Assembly: GCF_009914755.1 (NCBI RefSeq)
Contig: NC_060947.1
DNA from: the human T2T-CHM13v2.0 reference genome, Homo sapiens
Reading direction: 5' to 3' (one strand)
DNA length: 64,000 nt
Shown: in pieces, positions 1 to 22,459 of the stretch
Position numbering within the stretch: position 1 is the stretch's first letter
Layout: each line of letters opens with the position of its first letter
Notes under the pieces: model-generated
Database searches by the model: none
Told to the model about the DNA's origin: nothing
The model's input: only the letters and a program-made list of their open reading frames with translations
Translations under genes and position numbers: made by a program

Positions 1-4635
<4,635 letters not shown>

Positions 4636-5069
4636 AAACAAATAGTCCTCATATTGTCAGCAGTGTAAAAATGCTCTTCTTTCCAACAAATGTGTTAAGC
4701 TCTAGCCACTGTGTTCCCTTGCCTTCCAACACCTTTTTAGGGGGTCACTTCTCACCAAGATTAGTTGGTATGTGCTAAAGACATGAGCACATTCCAGTAT
4801 TATTCTGGGGCACGAAACCTGCATCTACTGGGAGTAGGAAGATCTCCAAATGATTCACATCGGTTGTCCTTTATTGGTGCAGATAACTGATTGATAGTCG
4901 TAGTCATTCATAGTCCGACTCAAGATATCAGTTTAAAATCCCATATAAATAAGGTCCTTGTACTAGATTTTGAAAGTCAGTCTTTCAATTACCTCTCCAC
5001 TTGTTTATACTACCTGTATGGAAAATATTGCAAAGAACAGCCTGTCTCCTATGAGCTTTTTTAAGCCTC

Positions 5070-5240
5070 AGAATGTTAAAGCTGGTGAGGGACTTAGAAG
5101 GGACTAAGAGACTCCTCGTTTTACAGATCAGGATGCAAGAGGGAATGGAGGAGAAGTGACTTACCAAAGGTCACAGCTAATTACTGGCAGAGTCACTAGA
5201 ACCAATATGCACTCATTCCCAGCAGAGTGCTTCTGGAACA
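5070..5240 (-). mobile_element. MIR SINE fragment
   Basis: ttttacagat...gtgacttaccaaaggtcacagctaattactggcagag matches the reverse complement of the MIR core. Confidence 0.65.
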
Positions 5241-6988
5241 AAATCAAGTGCTTCTGTAGTATTTTGCACACATAACAATAACTCTTGGAATTTAACAGAT
5301 CCCTTAATGTGATCATATAAACTCTGTAAGGCTTGCTTATTATTTAATACATACAGTGTTCATAACCAGAAAAGGTTTATTGAGAAGCTGACTCCTTATC
5401 CCTTTGGGATACTAAGAAACTACCAAGATTGCTGTGTTTTGAAAGCAGGAAAAAATAAATCAATGTGAGATCATTTCAGAATTTTATCACACAAAGAGGC
5501 CTTACAACATAGACACTTTTAACAATAAAAAAAGGTAACCATGATAAAATCGATAAAACGCTCTCTTTCTGAACAAGCTGATCAAAGCTCTGCAGAGGCC
5601 CAGAGCTTTCTTCCAAGAGTCCTTCAGGAGTAAAAGCAATGCACTGCTGAGTCCCATGGCTAAATCACTTGAATGCCCAGCCATTCCCAACCCAGCCCAT
5701 CACTTCCTGCAATCTCTCAAAACTGCATTAAGGCCAGTTAAACATCTCAGGAACCAAAAATCATAAAGAAGAGGAAAACGTTGTCACTGGTAAACACTGA
5801 AATATGTAACATGGCTATTTTGCGATGGGGTGCTCAATGCCAAGTCTACATGAGGCACTAATTGCTCTGTTTTACTCTATTACTGCTACTGTAAATGCAC
5901 AGGATCAGGCTCGATGCTCCACTCACTCCTTTTCTACTATATGGGTGATATAAGCTTGTTGCTCTTTCTAGCCCCACACATCCTCTTACATTTCTTCCAG
6001 GGAAGACAGGAAACTAAGTTATTCTATGGGTGACAACAAGAAGCTTTGGGTCATCACTCATGCATCTATCTTAATATCATGTTATTCCAGAGCCCTCCTT
6101 CCCAGCAATTTTCCCATGCCCTCAGACCTCTGGTTATGAAAAGATATTAAAATACCAGCATTTGGTTTGAGAATTAGATGCCTCTGTGGCAAACTTCATT
6201 AAAGTGCATTTGCCTGAAGCATCCATTCATATTTATGGAAATCATATGCCCAGCACTGTGTATGCATAAATGAAATATGCACTCCCTGCTCTTAGGAAGC
6301 TCATAGTTTGGTGGATCTGGGTCTTATTAATCACTAAATTCCAGCATAGACTTAATTTCAAAACACATTTGTTGATTGACAAGGGAGGGAGAGAATGAAT
6401 GGATGAATGAATGAATGGCTTTAAAGACATGAGCAGTCATCGGTTAAACAAACTTATGAACTTGTTAAGAATAGAAGTATCCATATACTGAATGAGCAGC
6501 AACAAGCACTAGATATGGGATCTGGAGAGGAGAGAATTGCCCTGGACCTCGGGTGAAATTGTGAGCAGCCCTCAATGCAGGTTCTTAAGAGATGAAGCCA
6601 AATCTCACCGTCCCCTTGGCAGACAAATTGTCCTCCAAGTGAAGAGACATTGTCTTTATGCATTTGACAGCCTTCTACACCTCTCTGCTTCTGAGAGCAG
6701 TCCCACACACCAGATTTCTCTTCATGCAGCCAGAGGCCTTGTACACTGCCCTCCGCGAGGTCTATCGATAACCCTGAAACTACAGGCTTGCCCTAGATCA
6801 GAGAGGGCACTTCCAGAGCATTCCTGCTCTGGCCTTGGGAATGATCTGTGTGTACTTTAGACAAACATGTGATCCATAAAAACTTGCAAGAAGAATTTGG
6901 CCTAGAGCTGCCCCTGCAAAAAAGAAAGATTTTGAATCAATTAACACAACCAACTATGCAACTTTGTTTCAATTTTAAAACACCTTCC

Positions 6989-7292
<304 letters not shown>

Positions 7293-7876
7293 AAAACACC
7301 TTCCTTAGGGCACAAGAGAAGCCAAAGAGGTCGGTCATGATAGAGACCTCCACACAACAGCCCAGGATGCCAGATCATAGTCAAACTCCGCAGTAATGAT
7401 GAGAAGTCTCTCATGGTTCCTTGGGACCCCCACATGTGTTTCCACCCTTTCCAACTGGCTATGTGAGAATAGAAAACCCAAATCCCAGCTCAGTCTTGGT
7501 CTAGCACAACATCTGGCCCAAGATGACTGCCAAAGACCTCCCCAGACTTGAGTGGTTGTTCTGCCATGTGGGAGAGGTTCCCCAACACCTCCTCCTCTGG
7601 AAGGGGGGGGCGGCCCATGGCAGAAAATGGGCAGCAGAGAGTCAGGGATGTTCTCTCTGCCTCTACCTCAGAGACAGCCAAGAGTATGAAGTCCAAGTAG
7701 AGCAGAAGTCCAAGAGTAGAGGAAATGAAGTGCACCCCCCAGTGACAAGAAGCTGTTGAATACTCTCTAATGAGAAGCATGATTCTATGAGGTAAGCAAT
7801 GAAGCTACAGGGAATGCCAAGGCCTGTGACAGGAAACAGGTAGCTGGGGAAGGAGTTCAGATTGGAGACTATGGTT

Positions 7877-7890
7877 CCAGCAGGTGGCAT
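7877..7890 (+). promoter_or_regulatory. Candidate CTCF core motif
   Basis: CCAGCAGGTGGCAT matches the consensus CCASYAGRKGGCRS at 13 of 14 positions, in unique sequence. Confidence 0.3.
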
Positions 7891-9879
7891 GTATTGCCAA
7901 CTTGATTGTCACAGCAGGCACCCAAGGTGTTTATGCATCCCCCAGAGTAAAGAGTGAGCGAAAAGGGCAAACTGATTTTAAACATGGGAGTTTAAATGTA
8001 ATGTTTGCTTCATTTCAAGGTTCAGGTTCATGATTTAAGTGGTTTGAGGATCCTTGGTTAGAGTTCACGTCTCTGGAGATGGAGCTTTGGTATCTGTATG
8101 CCCAGCCCTGCTGGATGGGTAGTGAACAATCTTAAAGTCCCCAGTCTGCAAAGGCTAGCGGGCCTTTGTGAAAAAAAAAGTGAAAAAAATGTGAAAAAAA
8201 AGTCAGGACCTCAGCCAGCTGTTTCCTTTATCTCTCTCAGCCTGTGTCAGCAGAGCCAAGGTGTCTGGGCATTTTGTTATGGGCTGAGGATCTTGTAAGT
8301 TTACAATTGGCACAGATCTTTCTGGAAAGCTCCTCTTGGGGAGCCTCGATGAATGGCAGGGGAGACCTTGAATGAATTCATTTTCCTTAGCTGATAGAAA
8401 TGGGGATGTAACACCTCTGTGGAAAAACACACTTAAGCCCAAAGTCTACAGCCAAAGGCTTGGACTAGAAGTAGATGTTTTATTTTAAAATCCAGCATGC
8501 TTTGAAGATCACAAACTTTGCAGGGGGTGGAGAAAGTGAAGGGACACACTTGGTTCTACACGACACTCTGTTTGCTGTTAGCCCATAAAAATACTGCCTC
8601 AGGGTATTCAAAAGGATGTGAAGTGATCCAAGAAAAAAAAAAAACTCAGCCTCTTTGGAAGAGATTTTGTAATTGAAGGTTTTTGCCAACTGGTCATTTC
8701 AATGTGGGAGATTTAAAAATGACCATGGTCCTACAATGAGAGGCTTCAGTAATGAGAAGATCCTGAAATACCTCTCTTCCAAAATGCAGGTCTATAATCA
8801 GGTGCTGTGACAAATATGTGCTTGCTTGTGTAATCCTCTGAGCACCCCAACCCCTTTGTGTTGAAAATGTCAAGGTACAAAGGGGATTGGAAGATGGGCA
8901 ATTTGTGTGAGAATGGAAGGCCTAATCTACCTTCACCTTAGGCAAACTTCATTAACCTTTGAGATACCAGTCCTCAACTACTAGAGAACTGAGACCCATC
9001 CAGAGTTACACAGGCATCAGGTGCTAAGTTAATTGGAATCTGGATCTCCTGACCTTCCTGAATCTTTCAGTAGTTCTTTCAGGGGTAGAGCTTTAAGTGA
9101 GGCTATTTGTGATCTGGAGACAGAATAACAGCTTATTTTCAAGTAATCAGCATTGCGGGTTAGGTGTTTACCATTAGGATTGTCTTTCCTTGCAAGTTTT
9201 AGTTTTGAGGCTTTATTGCCTTTGGTCCCAGGAAAGATAAATCAGCCACAGGGTGGAGAGGTTCTGGGAAGTATGTGTGGGTGGGAAAAAGAGGGATAGA
9301 GGGAGGGAGGCGAGTGCACAGTCCTGAAGGAACACCCACTCCTTTATGGTGGGAGGGGGGTGAGAGACAGCTGAAGAGGCAGAAGAGTGAGTGACTGCTA
9401 AGGAATTAGCTCTGGTTCCAGCCCACCAGCAGGGGCCCCAACACTCCTTGATGTTAACCCTTGGTTTACCTTGGCAAAGAAAAATCACACTCCTTTGCTG
9501 GCAGCTGTCATTGCTGTTTCAATACAGATAACACCTTCAAGTGGGAAATGTAGAGGGGAAAACATTTTTCTTAGTTTTCTTCTAAAAAGCCAAGGCAGGA
9601 GTATGTGTAAGTAAATATGATATTTCCTCTACATCAAGGACATGAATTCTAAAAGAATAATATTTAGTCCTTTTTATTGGCTGCCATTCAAAGGCCTGGA
9701 AACATTTACTAGCAAATTTAATTACTCTGCATTTTATAGCTGAGAAGTTGGAACTAACAAGGCTACACTTTTTTTAAGTTGCCTAATCCAAGGTACAAGC
9801 AGCCTGATTTAAATGCACATCCCCCAAGGGCTGGAAAAGCCTCACATCAGGACAGTCCCGAGAGGGGAATTCATATCCA

Positions 9880-10240
9880 GGCAACATTTATTAAACACCT
9901 CCTATTTGCTAAGCACTTCCACATATGTTATTCTACTTAATCCTCACAATAACCCAATAAGAAAGGTAGGCATTTACATGTCTATTTTACAGATAAGAAA
10001 AAAATGAAGCTCTAAAAATGGAAATGTACTACGTGTGTTTGCACTTATAATTTCTTAAAGGTTTGCACGTATATTCGTTCTTCTAATCCTTACAGCATTT
10101 TTTCAAATTATGTATGCCAGATATTAATATTTACAAAGCTTAAAATGAGGAAACTACACTCAGAAAACTGAAGTAACTGGAAGTCACCCTACTAATCTGT
10201 AGCAAGTCTGGGGCTTGAGTCCTTCAGCTCTAACCTCTCA
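9880..10240 (-). mobile_element. Two tandem MIR fragments
   Basis: aacatttattaaacacc...taatcctcacaataaccc...attttacagataagaaa, followed by a second aaatgaggaaact core. Confidence 0.6.
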
Positions 10241-10763
10241 GCTCTGTCCACTTAGGGTCAGACCCCGTTTCACACAGGCCATTTGACTCAATGAATGCTG
10301 CCCAAAAGGATCAGCTCGGTATAATAAGGAAGGTTGTTCCTAGAGCAAACATGCAGGTGCCAAGAACTATGTAAGACACTGTAGGATCGAATCCAAACTG
10401 TGTACTTGCTTTTCTCAAGCATCTGCTAGTCAAATGGGACAGTGGCTAGCAGCTCATTGAACCCTACAATAAGCTACACCTTGACAAGCAGGGAACATAA
10501 GAGAGCAGATGATGAAGCCCTTGGTACTAACAGTGATAAACCCATAAATTCTATTGTATGGAAAGGGGAGACAGGAGAGGCATCTTGGAGGAGACGGTCT
10601 TGGAAATCAAGTAGGAGATGGAGTTGACTGGCATTCCAAAAGAAGGAAACCACTTGAGTAAAAATATTTAAACGGAGGAGGGGAAAATAGCCATTTGAGG
10701 GATACAATATAAAACCTCCTCGGGCAAGATGTATTCCTTAATAAACAGTTGTAAAATTGCTAC

Positions 10764-11187
10764 TGATGCAGGAGTTTCTGCTCCCTGGCTCAGTTAAATC
10801 CAGGTTCTCGTCTCATGACTAGGAAGAATTAGGCATGCAGACACATTAAAGGGTGAAGAGGGCAGAATTTATTAAGTGAAAAGAAAGCTCTCAGTAAGGA
10901 GAGGGGTCCTCCAAGCAGGTTTCCCCCTCACAATTGAATACCAGGGCCACCACACAAGAACTGATGAGGCCAGGCTCCACCCCTGCATAAGGTGTGAACT
11001 CCTAGTGGCTCCATCCCATTCCCCCAGTGGGCCTCCAGTATGCTGTGGGCATGCCCAGGCAAGCCCCCTGTGCAGGTTCCCTTATCTGCACAAAACATCT
11101 GGTGTCAACACTTGTGGGGCAGGTCGGAGATTCTCCGGGGACCTTTCCCTATCTGCCTAGGGATTTGGCTGTCTCCTGCCTCTATCA
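10764..11187 (-). mobile_element. ERV1 solo LTR, MER61-type
   Basis: TG...CA termini, degenerate 4-bp TSD ctac/ctgc, end cctatctgcctagggatttggctgtctcctgcctctatca typical of MER61, minus-strand AATAAA near 10868. Confidence 0.8.
11047..11066. promoter_or_regulatory. Perfect p53 response element (two decamers, no spacer)
   Basis: GGGCATGCCC AGGCAAGCCC equals RRRCWWGYYY twice with no mismatch, inside the MER61-type LTR. Confidence 0.75.
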
Positions 11188-12947
11188 CTGCCAAGGCTGT
11201 AGCAATTGGATCAGCTCATGTTCAATGTGAATTCTAAAGTGAACAGAGATTCTATGCTACACAGAGTGTACTTGCTTTTTTCTTTTTCTTTTTAATGCTC
11301 AAAGATGGTGAATGATGCCAAACGCCAATGAATAGCTTCTAAATAACAATAGAAAGGAAAACAGAATTGCAAAGACTGCACAAAATATTACTTTTAAAAA
11401 GTAAGATCATTTGGAATATAAATAATCATAAACCTATCATATTGTCAAAATGTGGAACATTTGTCATAAGGTACCACATCCAAGATACCACATACAATCA
11501 GACAATTTTCTTGGATATTACGACTCTAATATAGAGCACCACAAAACGCTTCCCTGGCACCCTGAGCTAGTCCCAATCCTGAAATAAAAACCAGCAAATA
11601 AGTAATGATGCCTGGGAAAGCAATATTTGAAAACCCCATTTCCAAGATGAAGAATGTCATAAAAACAAATTAAATAAACTTCACCCTAGCCAGCAGTGCC
11701 CCAGTTGCTCAAGTTCCCCAAACAGATTGCTTGACAAAAACCAATACAGTTCACGAGAATTTCTAATTACAAGCATTTAAGGAATTAGGATCTATGTTGA
11801 ATTAGCAAGTTGGAATGCAAAACTCACAGTTCCAAGGGCCTTCTACCGCTTCTCCCTAAGCAGGAGAATAATCAGTACTGGCTTAAATCACATACAAAGT
11901 AGCTGATACTACAGGGGCTAACCTCATGGGGAATTATGACCCTGTAACTAGAGTCCTGTGCTAAGGTGTGCTAAGGTGAGCTAAGATTGAAAATGCTCCC
12001 CCATCACACTCATTGCCTAACAGCCACCCATCATAGAAATCCTGTGCATCATAAAGAAGAAAGCTTGTTCTAAACTGTAACCCATTTCAGGCCATTGTAA
12101 ATGTAGAAAGTGTGGCTACATCTCAACTCCTGAAAATACATTCTTTTGGGCCTTGTTTGAAATCCTATCACATCCTGGTAAGTACAACAAGAAACTGACA
12201 CCCTCCTAGGACTTGATTGAAAACCTATACTATTCAACCACAAAGAGGTGGTTAAACTAAGGAAGCACAGGGTTTCTCTCAAGGAGGCTTAGCCAGGCTG
12301 TTATGGTTGAAATCAGAGGAGTCTGAATTTTCAGGCCAGAAGGAACCTTAGAAATCAGATTTTGACTTCAGTTCAATCTTCAATTCAACTTATTCTAATC
12401 CATTACATACCAATTGAATGCCTTCTTAGTACAAGCCTCTGTTCTGGGTACTGGAAATACAAGTTGAAGATTCATTCCCTATGCTGTAGCAGCTCATTGA
12501 GTAATGGGGGAGACAGTCAACAAAAAACCCAAAAGATGTGTGAGGCCATGAAACACTTTTCCCATCATCTGGGAGCTGAGCACCTACAACGTCATCACTA
12601 TTCCTCCCCTGGCACATCTCCTCCACTTCTTGTTCTTGCCTGTTAGTATACTACACTCCAAAAAATACACTGAGCTAGACTTCAGAAGGTACTTGAACCC
12701 AACCTTGTACCTAACAGAGAAGCCCCTCTGCAGAATGAATGCCTAGCGGCTGGCATCCAACTTCTGCTGGAATACTCCAGGTGTGAACTAAAACTTCTCC
12801 AGGATTTGTCATTACACCACAAATGTTAAAAAACTTTTATTCACTGATGTATTTCTCAAGCAGTTTCATGCCTTCCTTTCCTTTTCTGCATCTCTCTACT
12901 GCCCCCAACCAAAATTAAAATAAATACTGGTAAAAAAAGTTCAGAGA

Positions 12948-13239
12948 GGCCAGGTGCGGTGGCTCATGCCCGTAATCCTAGCACTTTGGGAGGTCAAGGT
13001 GGGTGGATCAACTGAGGTCAGGAGTTCGAGACCAGCCTGGTCAACATGGTGAAACACTGTCTCTCCTAAAAATACAAAAATTAGCTGGGCGTGGTGGCAT
13101 GCACCTGTAGTCCCAGCTACTTGGGAGGCTGAGGCAGGAGAATCACTTGAACCTGGGAGGCAGAAGTTGCAGCGAGCCACTACACTCCAGCCTGGATGGC
13201 AGAGTGAGACTCTGTGTAAAAAAAAAAGAAAAAAAAAAA
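12948..13239 (+). mobile_element. Alu (AluS), with a small deletion in the right arm
   Basis: Dimeric Alu with A tail; degenerate TSD aaaaaagttcagaga / aaaaaggttcggaga. Confidence 0.93.
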
Positions 13240-13308
13240 GGTTCGGAGAGAAGAATCTTATCTGGGAAGATGTGTCGCAAATTTAGCAGAGACTATTTAA
13301 CCAACAAC

Positions 13309-16190
<2,882 letters not shown>

Positions 16191-16238
16191 TTAACCAACA
16201 GCTTTTTATTGAGTGCCTAACATATGTCAAGCATATAT

Positions 16239-16940
16239 TGTACAGAGCGCCCTTAACATAAGTAACTCCATCTTAGAAAAAGACTCCATCTTACATTTCA
16301 TAGGGCACTTTTTTAAGAGGGTCAAGATGTTTTGCTTAATAAATAAAGACTGCAACCAACCAGATAAGGACATAGGCATACTTTTCCACTATCAGTCCTC
16401 ACCAGAGGACTCTGTGGCCATAAAAGGAGCAGGACTTCAGCAGCTCCAAATGGCTGTCTTAACTGACACCGTCTTGCTTTCACTCGTGATAAGCACCCAG
16501 CATCTGCCACCAAAGGCTCTGCCCACATGAGACTTTTCCTTGCAAAATTGACAAACCAGCTGGTCCAGACCAGGACATTCTTTTTGTCTATATCTGTCTT
16601 CCTAGACTGGTTCATTAACCCCTTTTCCTATCCTCTTTCTCTTGATGTTAAATGTTAATTTGTTTGTTGTGGAATGTTCAATCTGTAACATATATATATA
16701 GATGAAATGTACTGTTTTGTGTGGTTTGCAATATTGACTGACTTATGGAGTGGCTTGTGCCTCTGTGGCATGGCTCTGACTTCCGAGTGAATGGGAAGTA
16801 CGAAGGAGAATTGCCTCCTTGGGAACTCCATGTGGCTCATGGATTTTGTGATTGAAATAGCATCAATAAAAGTCTGACACTGTGGAAAGACACAAACATG
16901 TGTGAAACTGGTTATCTCTGACCTTACACCATTCAAGATA
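16239..16940 (+). mobile_element. Old ERV solo LTR of about 700 bp (family not assigned)
   Basis: TG start, repeated actccatctta motifs, AATAAA at 16865, CA-like end; sits within an L2 remnant. Confidence 0.7.
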
Positions 16941-17079
16941 CATATAAATAGAAATTAGTTTTATATACAATGGTAGTAAGAGAAGGAGGGAGAGAGATGA
17001 AGGATGGAAAGGAGAGAGACCATGAGAAATAATAAATTTGAAAGTCCAAATTAAACCACAATCTGCAGATGTTATGATG

Positions 17080-17600
17080 TTTTGAGTGCTACTCCTTTGC
17101 TCTGATCCAATGCTAGGCTGCTCTGGGGATGCAAGAATGAGTAAGAATAAAAGATTATTCTTGCAGCCAGGAGGAAATTAACAAATTACAACTAAAACAA
17201 AAATGACTATTCCACAAGACACTAAGTGCCATCACAAAGTACAAAGTGCTATAGAGAAAAGAGTAACTGTGTCTAATCTGGGGCATAGAGAGTGATTTGA
17301 CTGGTAGGAATGTGGAAGAGGAGTACAAAATAATTTTCAAAATTAATTTGAAGATAAAATTGGCCAGATTTGGCAACCAATTAGATAAGAAGAATGATGG
17401 GAAGTGTTAAAGGTAACTGAAGGCTTGGGATCAAACATATCAGATCATGTTTGTAGACTAACAGCATGGACTCAGAGGAGAAGATGAAATGACTGGTAAG
17501 GAGAGATACTGTGGGAGCAAGAAGAGAGATACTGATGAGGAGTGATATTGTTGGAGCAAGGTCCTGCAAGTGGTGATAGAGAGTGGGAATAAAATTTAAG
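17080..17600 (-). mobile_element. L2 fragments
   Basis: Degenerate purine-rich sequence resembling the L2 3' region on the opposite strand. Confidence 0.45.
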
Positions 17601-17704
17601 AATTCTTCATGGCGTAGAAGGTAATTCTTCAACAATGAGAAGTAAGTAACAACATTATTATAATATATACTTTACATTAAATAAAATATAAAGTGGGGAG
17701 GTGT

Positions 17705-18107
17705 AAACCCAAGAGAACCAAAAAGATGTCTGCACTAAAATTTGTATGCAAAAGTTCATAGCAGCATTATCCACAACAGAAAAAATGTGGAACCAATCCA
17801 ATGTCCATCAAGTGATAAACAGATAAACCAAATATGATCTACCCTTATAATGGACTATTATTCAGCAATGAAAAGGAATGAAGCAATGATTCATGCTACA
17901 ACTTCTGGTATCCAGGAGTTGGTGGGAAACAGAAATGAGAAGAGATTGCTAATGGGCACAGGGTTTATTTCTGGGTGATGAAAACATTCTGGAATCAGAC
18001 AGTGATGGTAGTTGTACATCTTTGTGATTATACTAACAGTCACACAGAGCTGTGTACTCTGAATGGTGAATTTTACCTTAGGTAAATTATATCTCAATAA
18101 AAAAAAT
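17705..18107 (+). mobile_element. Old L1M (L1MB-like) 3' end
   Basis: ttcatagcagcattat...aatgtccatcaa...ggactattattcagcaatgaaaaggaatgaag...ttatatctcaataaaaaaa. Confidence 0.85.
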
Positions 18108-18399
18108 GAAATCGGAAGTCATGGGTTCTATACTGTGTGGCCGACATCTTTTCAGAAAGCAAGAAGGAGGGTCACCTGCTGAGATTGAAGAAGCTAGAAA
18201 GGAGAGCTACTGGAGAGCAAAAAAGCCTTTGGTACAACTGCTGAGAGGAAAGAATATACAGTCATAATAATCATAACAACTAAAACTTACAGAGAACACA
18301 TATGATGTAAGATGGCCCAGTAGAAAGTAATAGCCAGGGCAGACTTGAAAATAGCTTAAACCCTGAATGAGCAACTCTACCAAACACAGACCCACCAAC

Positions 18400-20840
18400 A
18401 GAAGATAGTAGCCTTAATGGCACAAGATGTTTGGTCACAGCCTCTGTACACTAAACTACACAGACAGAGAAAAGAACCAATAGAAAGCCATGCTTAAAAA
18501 TAAAAAACAAGAATTTAAAAACTGAGCACAGACATCGGGGGCTACACACGATGTGGGAGACATAATTCACATATTTAGATCAGGCAAGTTAATAAACAAA
18601 GAAACTACCAAACAAACAAACAAACAAAGAAAAACAGCAACAACACCAACCATCAGAGGAAAAACACCAGAATCCATAGTTGCTACAATATATTATGTAA
18701 AATGTGAGTTTTGAACAAAAAATTAGAGAGAAACAGAAAAGTGAGATGTGCTCAGGAAAAACAAAGCAATCAATAAAGTTTCTGGATGTCCCCATATATT
18801 GGACTTGCTGGATGAGAACTTCAAAAGACCTCTTATAAATATGTTCACCACAGAACTAAAGGAACCCACGTTTAAAGAGTTGAAGTATGACAACAAAAAT
18901 AACAAATTTTTAAAATCCTCAGTAAGGACAGAAAAATTATTTTACAAAAGACTAAATGGAAATTCTGAACTGGAAAATTGGAGAAAGAGAAATTAAAATT
19001 TTCCCACAGAGCCCCATCAGCAGATTCAAGATGGCAGAAGAAAGAATTTGTGAACTGGAAGATAAATCTATAGAAATTATCTTATTTGAAGAAGAAAAGA
19101 AAAAGGACTGAATAAAAATAAACAGCCTCAGAGACCTGTGAAACATCAAGTATCATGTGATTAATGAAAATTCTAGGAGAGAAGACAAAAAGGGAGTAAA
19201 AGAATTTGAAGAAATAATAGCTAAAAATTTCCCAAATTTGATTAAAAAATAAATAGCCTACAACCAAAAAGATCAAAGAATCCCAAGTAGGATTAATACA
19301 AAAATTCTACACCTAGGAACATAATGGCCAAAATGTTGAAAGCCCAAAGAGAGAGACTGAGGGGAGGGAAGGGGAAGATAATGATGTAGACAAAAACAAA
19401 AAAGAGAAGACAGGATAGAAAAATCTAGAAAGAAACAACAGAAAAAAGCCTCTTATGTACAGTAGAGCATCAATACAATTAATGCTCTTTTTGTCTGAAA
19501 CAATGGAGGCTGTAGGTAGTGGAGTAACATTCAAAATGCTGAGAGGGCCAGGCATGGTGGCTCACGCCTGTAATCCCAGCACTTTGGGAGGCCAAGGAGG
19601 GCAGATCACTTGAGGTCAGGAGTTTGAGACCAGCCTGACCAACATGATGAAACCCCGTCTCTACTAAAAATACAAAAATTAGCTGAGCGTAGTGGCACAC
19701 ACCTGTAGTCCCAGCTACTCAGGAGGCTGAGGCAGGAGAATTGCTTGAACCTGGGAACAGAGGTTGCAGTGAGCTGAGATTAGGCCACTGCACTCCAGCC
19801 TTGGTGACAGAGCAAGACTCTGTCTCAAAAAAAAAAAATGCTGAAAGATGAAAAAAGGTAACCAATAATTCTACATGCAGTAAAACTGTCCTTTGAAAAT
19901 GAAGGCAAAATAAGGCTATTCCCAGATAAACAAAGTCTGAGAGAATTCATTATGGGCAGAACTGATAAAGGACTTGTATCTATACTATATAAAGAGCTCT
20001 TACAACTCAATAATGAGAACATAAACCAATTATAAGCAAAATATTTGAATAGGCATTTCATCAAAGGAGATCTGTGAATGTTTAATAAGTATATGCCATC
20101 AATTGTCATTAGACATCAGGGAAATTAAATTAAAAGCAAAAGGAGAACCACTGTACATTCACTAGAGTGACTGTAATAAAAGATAGACACTAACAAGTAT
20201 TGTTGAGAATGTGGTGAAACTGGAATCTCATATATTGCTATTGAGAAGGTATAATGGTACTGACACTTTAAAACATTCTTTGGCAGTTTCTTAAAAATTA
20301 AACACACACTTACCATATAACCCAGCAATTCCACTCCTAGGTACAGATCTAAGAGGAATGAAAATATATTTCCACACAAAGAGCTGTATACAAATATTCA
20401 TAGCAACATTATTCACAATTGGAAACACTGAGGAAACAATTCAAATATCCATCTACTGATGAATGGACACACAAAATGTGGTATAGCCACAAAATGGAAT
20501 ATTATTTGGCCATCAAAAGGAATAAAGTACTGATACATGATGCCACATGCACAAACCCCCAAAATATTATAATGTGTGAAAGAAGTCAGATGCAAAAGAC
20601 TACATGTTATATGGCTCCATTTATGTGAATGTCAAGAAAAAGCAAAATTATAGAAAGTGGTTCACTCAGTGGTTGCCAGAGGTCAAGAGTGAAAATGGCA
20701 ATTGACTACAATTGCCTGTTTGTAAACAGGCACATTGGAATTTTGTGGGGTAATGGAAGTGTTCTAAAACTAGATTATGACAATTGCACAACTGTATAAA
20801 TATTCTAAAATCATTAAATTGTACAATTACAGTTGGTAGA

Positions 20841-20850
<10 letters not shown>
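18400..20850 (+). mobile_element. Old L1M: 5'/ORF1 region joined to ORF2 3' end and 3' UTR; the last part resumes at about 21497-21540
   Basis: ORF1-like A-rich sequence (aaactgtcctttgaaaatgaaggcaaaataagg), then cccagcaattccactcctagg and 3' UTR motifs. Confidence 0.8.
19546..19838 (+). mobile_element. Alu (AluSx/Sz-like) inserted in L1M ORF1
   Basis: TSD aaaatgctga(g/a)ag at 19533-19545 and 19835-19847. Confidence 0.95.
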
Positions 20851-21820
<970 letters not shown>

Positions 21821-21910
21821 TCTCTGAGAAGATGGCAAGAGAGGAATACAAGAGCATCCAAGAGAGCATTCAAGCAGTAGGGAGGGCCCAGCTAAGATCA
21901 GAAAGTACTA

Positions 21911-21990
21911 CTGATCTGTGTACCCAATGAGCATCATTTTGCAACTTTTTCCACCAACACTTGGTACTTCAAGAGCAGAGAGATTATGCT
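21911..21990 (+). pseudogene. Candidate remnant exon: start of VWD domain 1
   Basis: Reads LICVPNEHHFATFSTNTWYFKS, resembling the VWD start C-x-x-x-G-x-x-H-F-x-T-F-D-G-x-x-Y-x-F-x-G. By-eye match. Confidence 0.4.
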
Positions 21991-21994
21991 GGGG

Positions 21995-22450
21995 ATTAAA
22001 TCAAGAATGATATAAGATTATGGTGTTGAGGGATTTTGGAATTATGAGTCATCTGTTGAAATGACTGGCAATGGTGTGCAGGATACAGGAGAGTGTGAAT
22101 CCATGGCAAGAGAAGGGGGGAAGTGGCTGAAAGTAGGGAGAAGCTTCTATACTGGGTCAAAGGGAACGGTATGAAGATCAATGAGTCCTGGGAATACCAA
22201 GAGCAGATTCTGAGGTGAGAAAGGAAGAGATGTATGTAGTCCAAGATGAATGTAGTCAGAGGTTGAGGTCTTAGGAGTGGATCCACATACGAAAGTGTAA
22301 GGTTAAATATGTGACCTTGGTAGTGGGTATGTGAGGGAAGTACAATGGAGCAGAAATGCAGATCATCAAAGCTAGGAAGGTGGAGAAACAGAGAGGCAAT
22401 GTGGAAGTAAGTAGCAACTAGCTCTGATGTTCTGGGTGGAAGGAAAGACG
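21995..22450 (-). mobile_element. L2 ORF2 endonuclease-region remnant
   Basis: Minus-strand translation PSHTHYQGHIFNL...ILDYIHL resembles the CR1/L2 endonuclease motifs PTHxxGxxLDL...LSDH. Confidence 0.55.
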
Positions 22451-22459
22451 ATGATAGAT

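Noticed and set aside
7490-7780. 96-aa minus-strand ORF with LCCPF and PLPEEEVL, reminiscent of small RING proteins
   Set aside because: The other RING Cys/His ligands are not recoverable in any frame and there is no clear exon structure.
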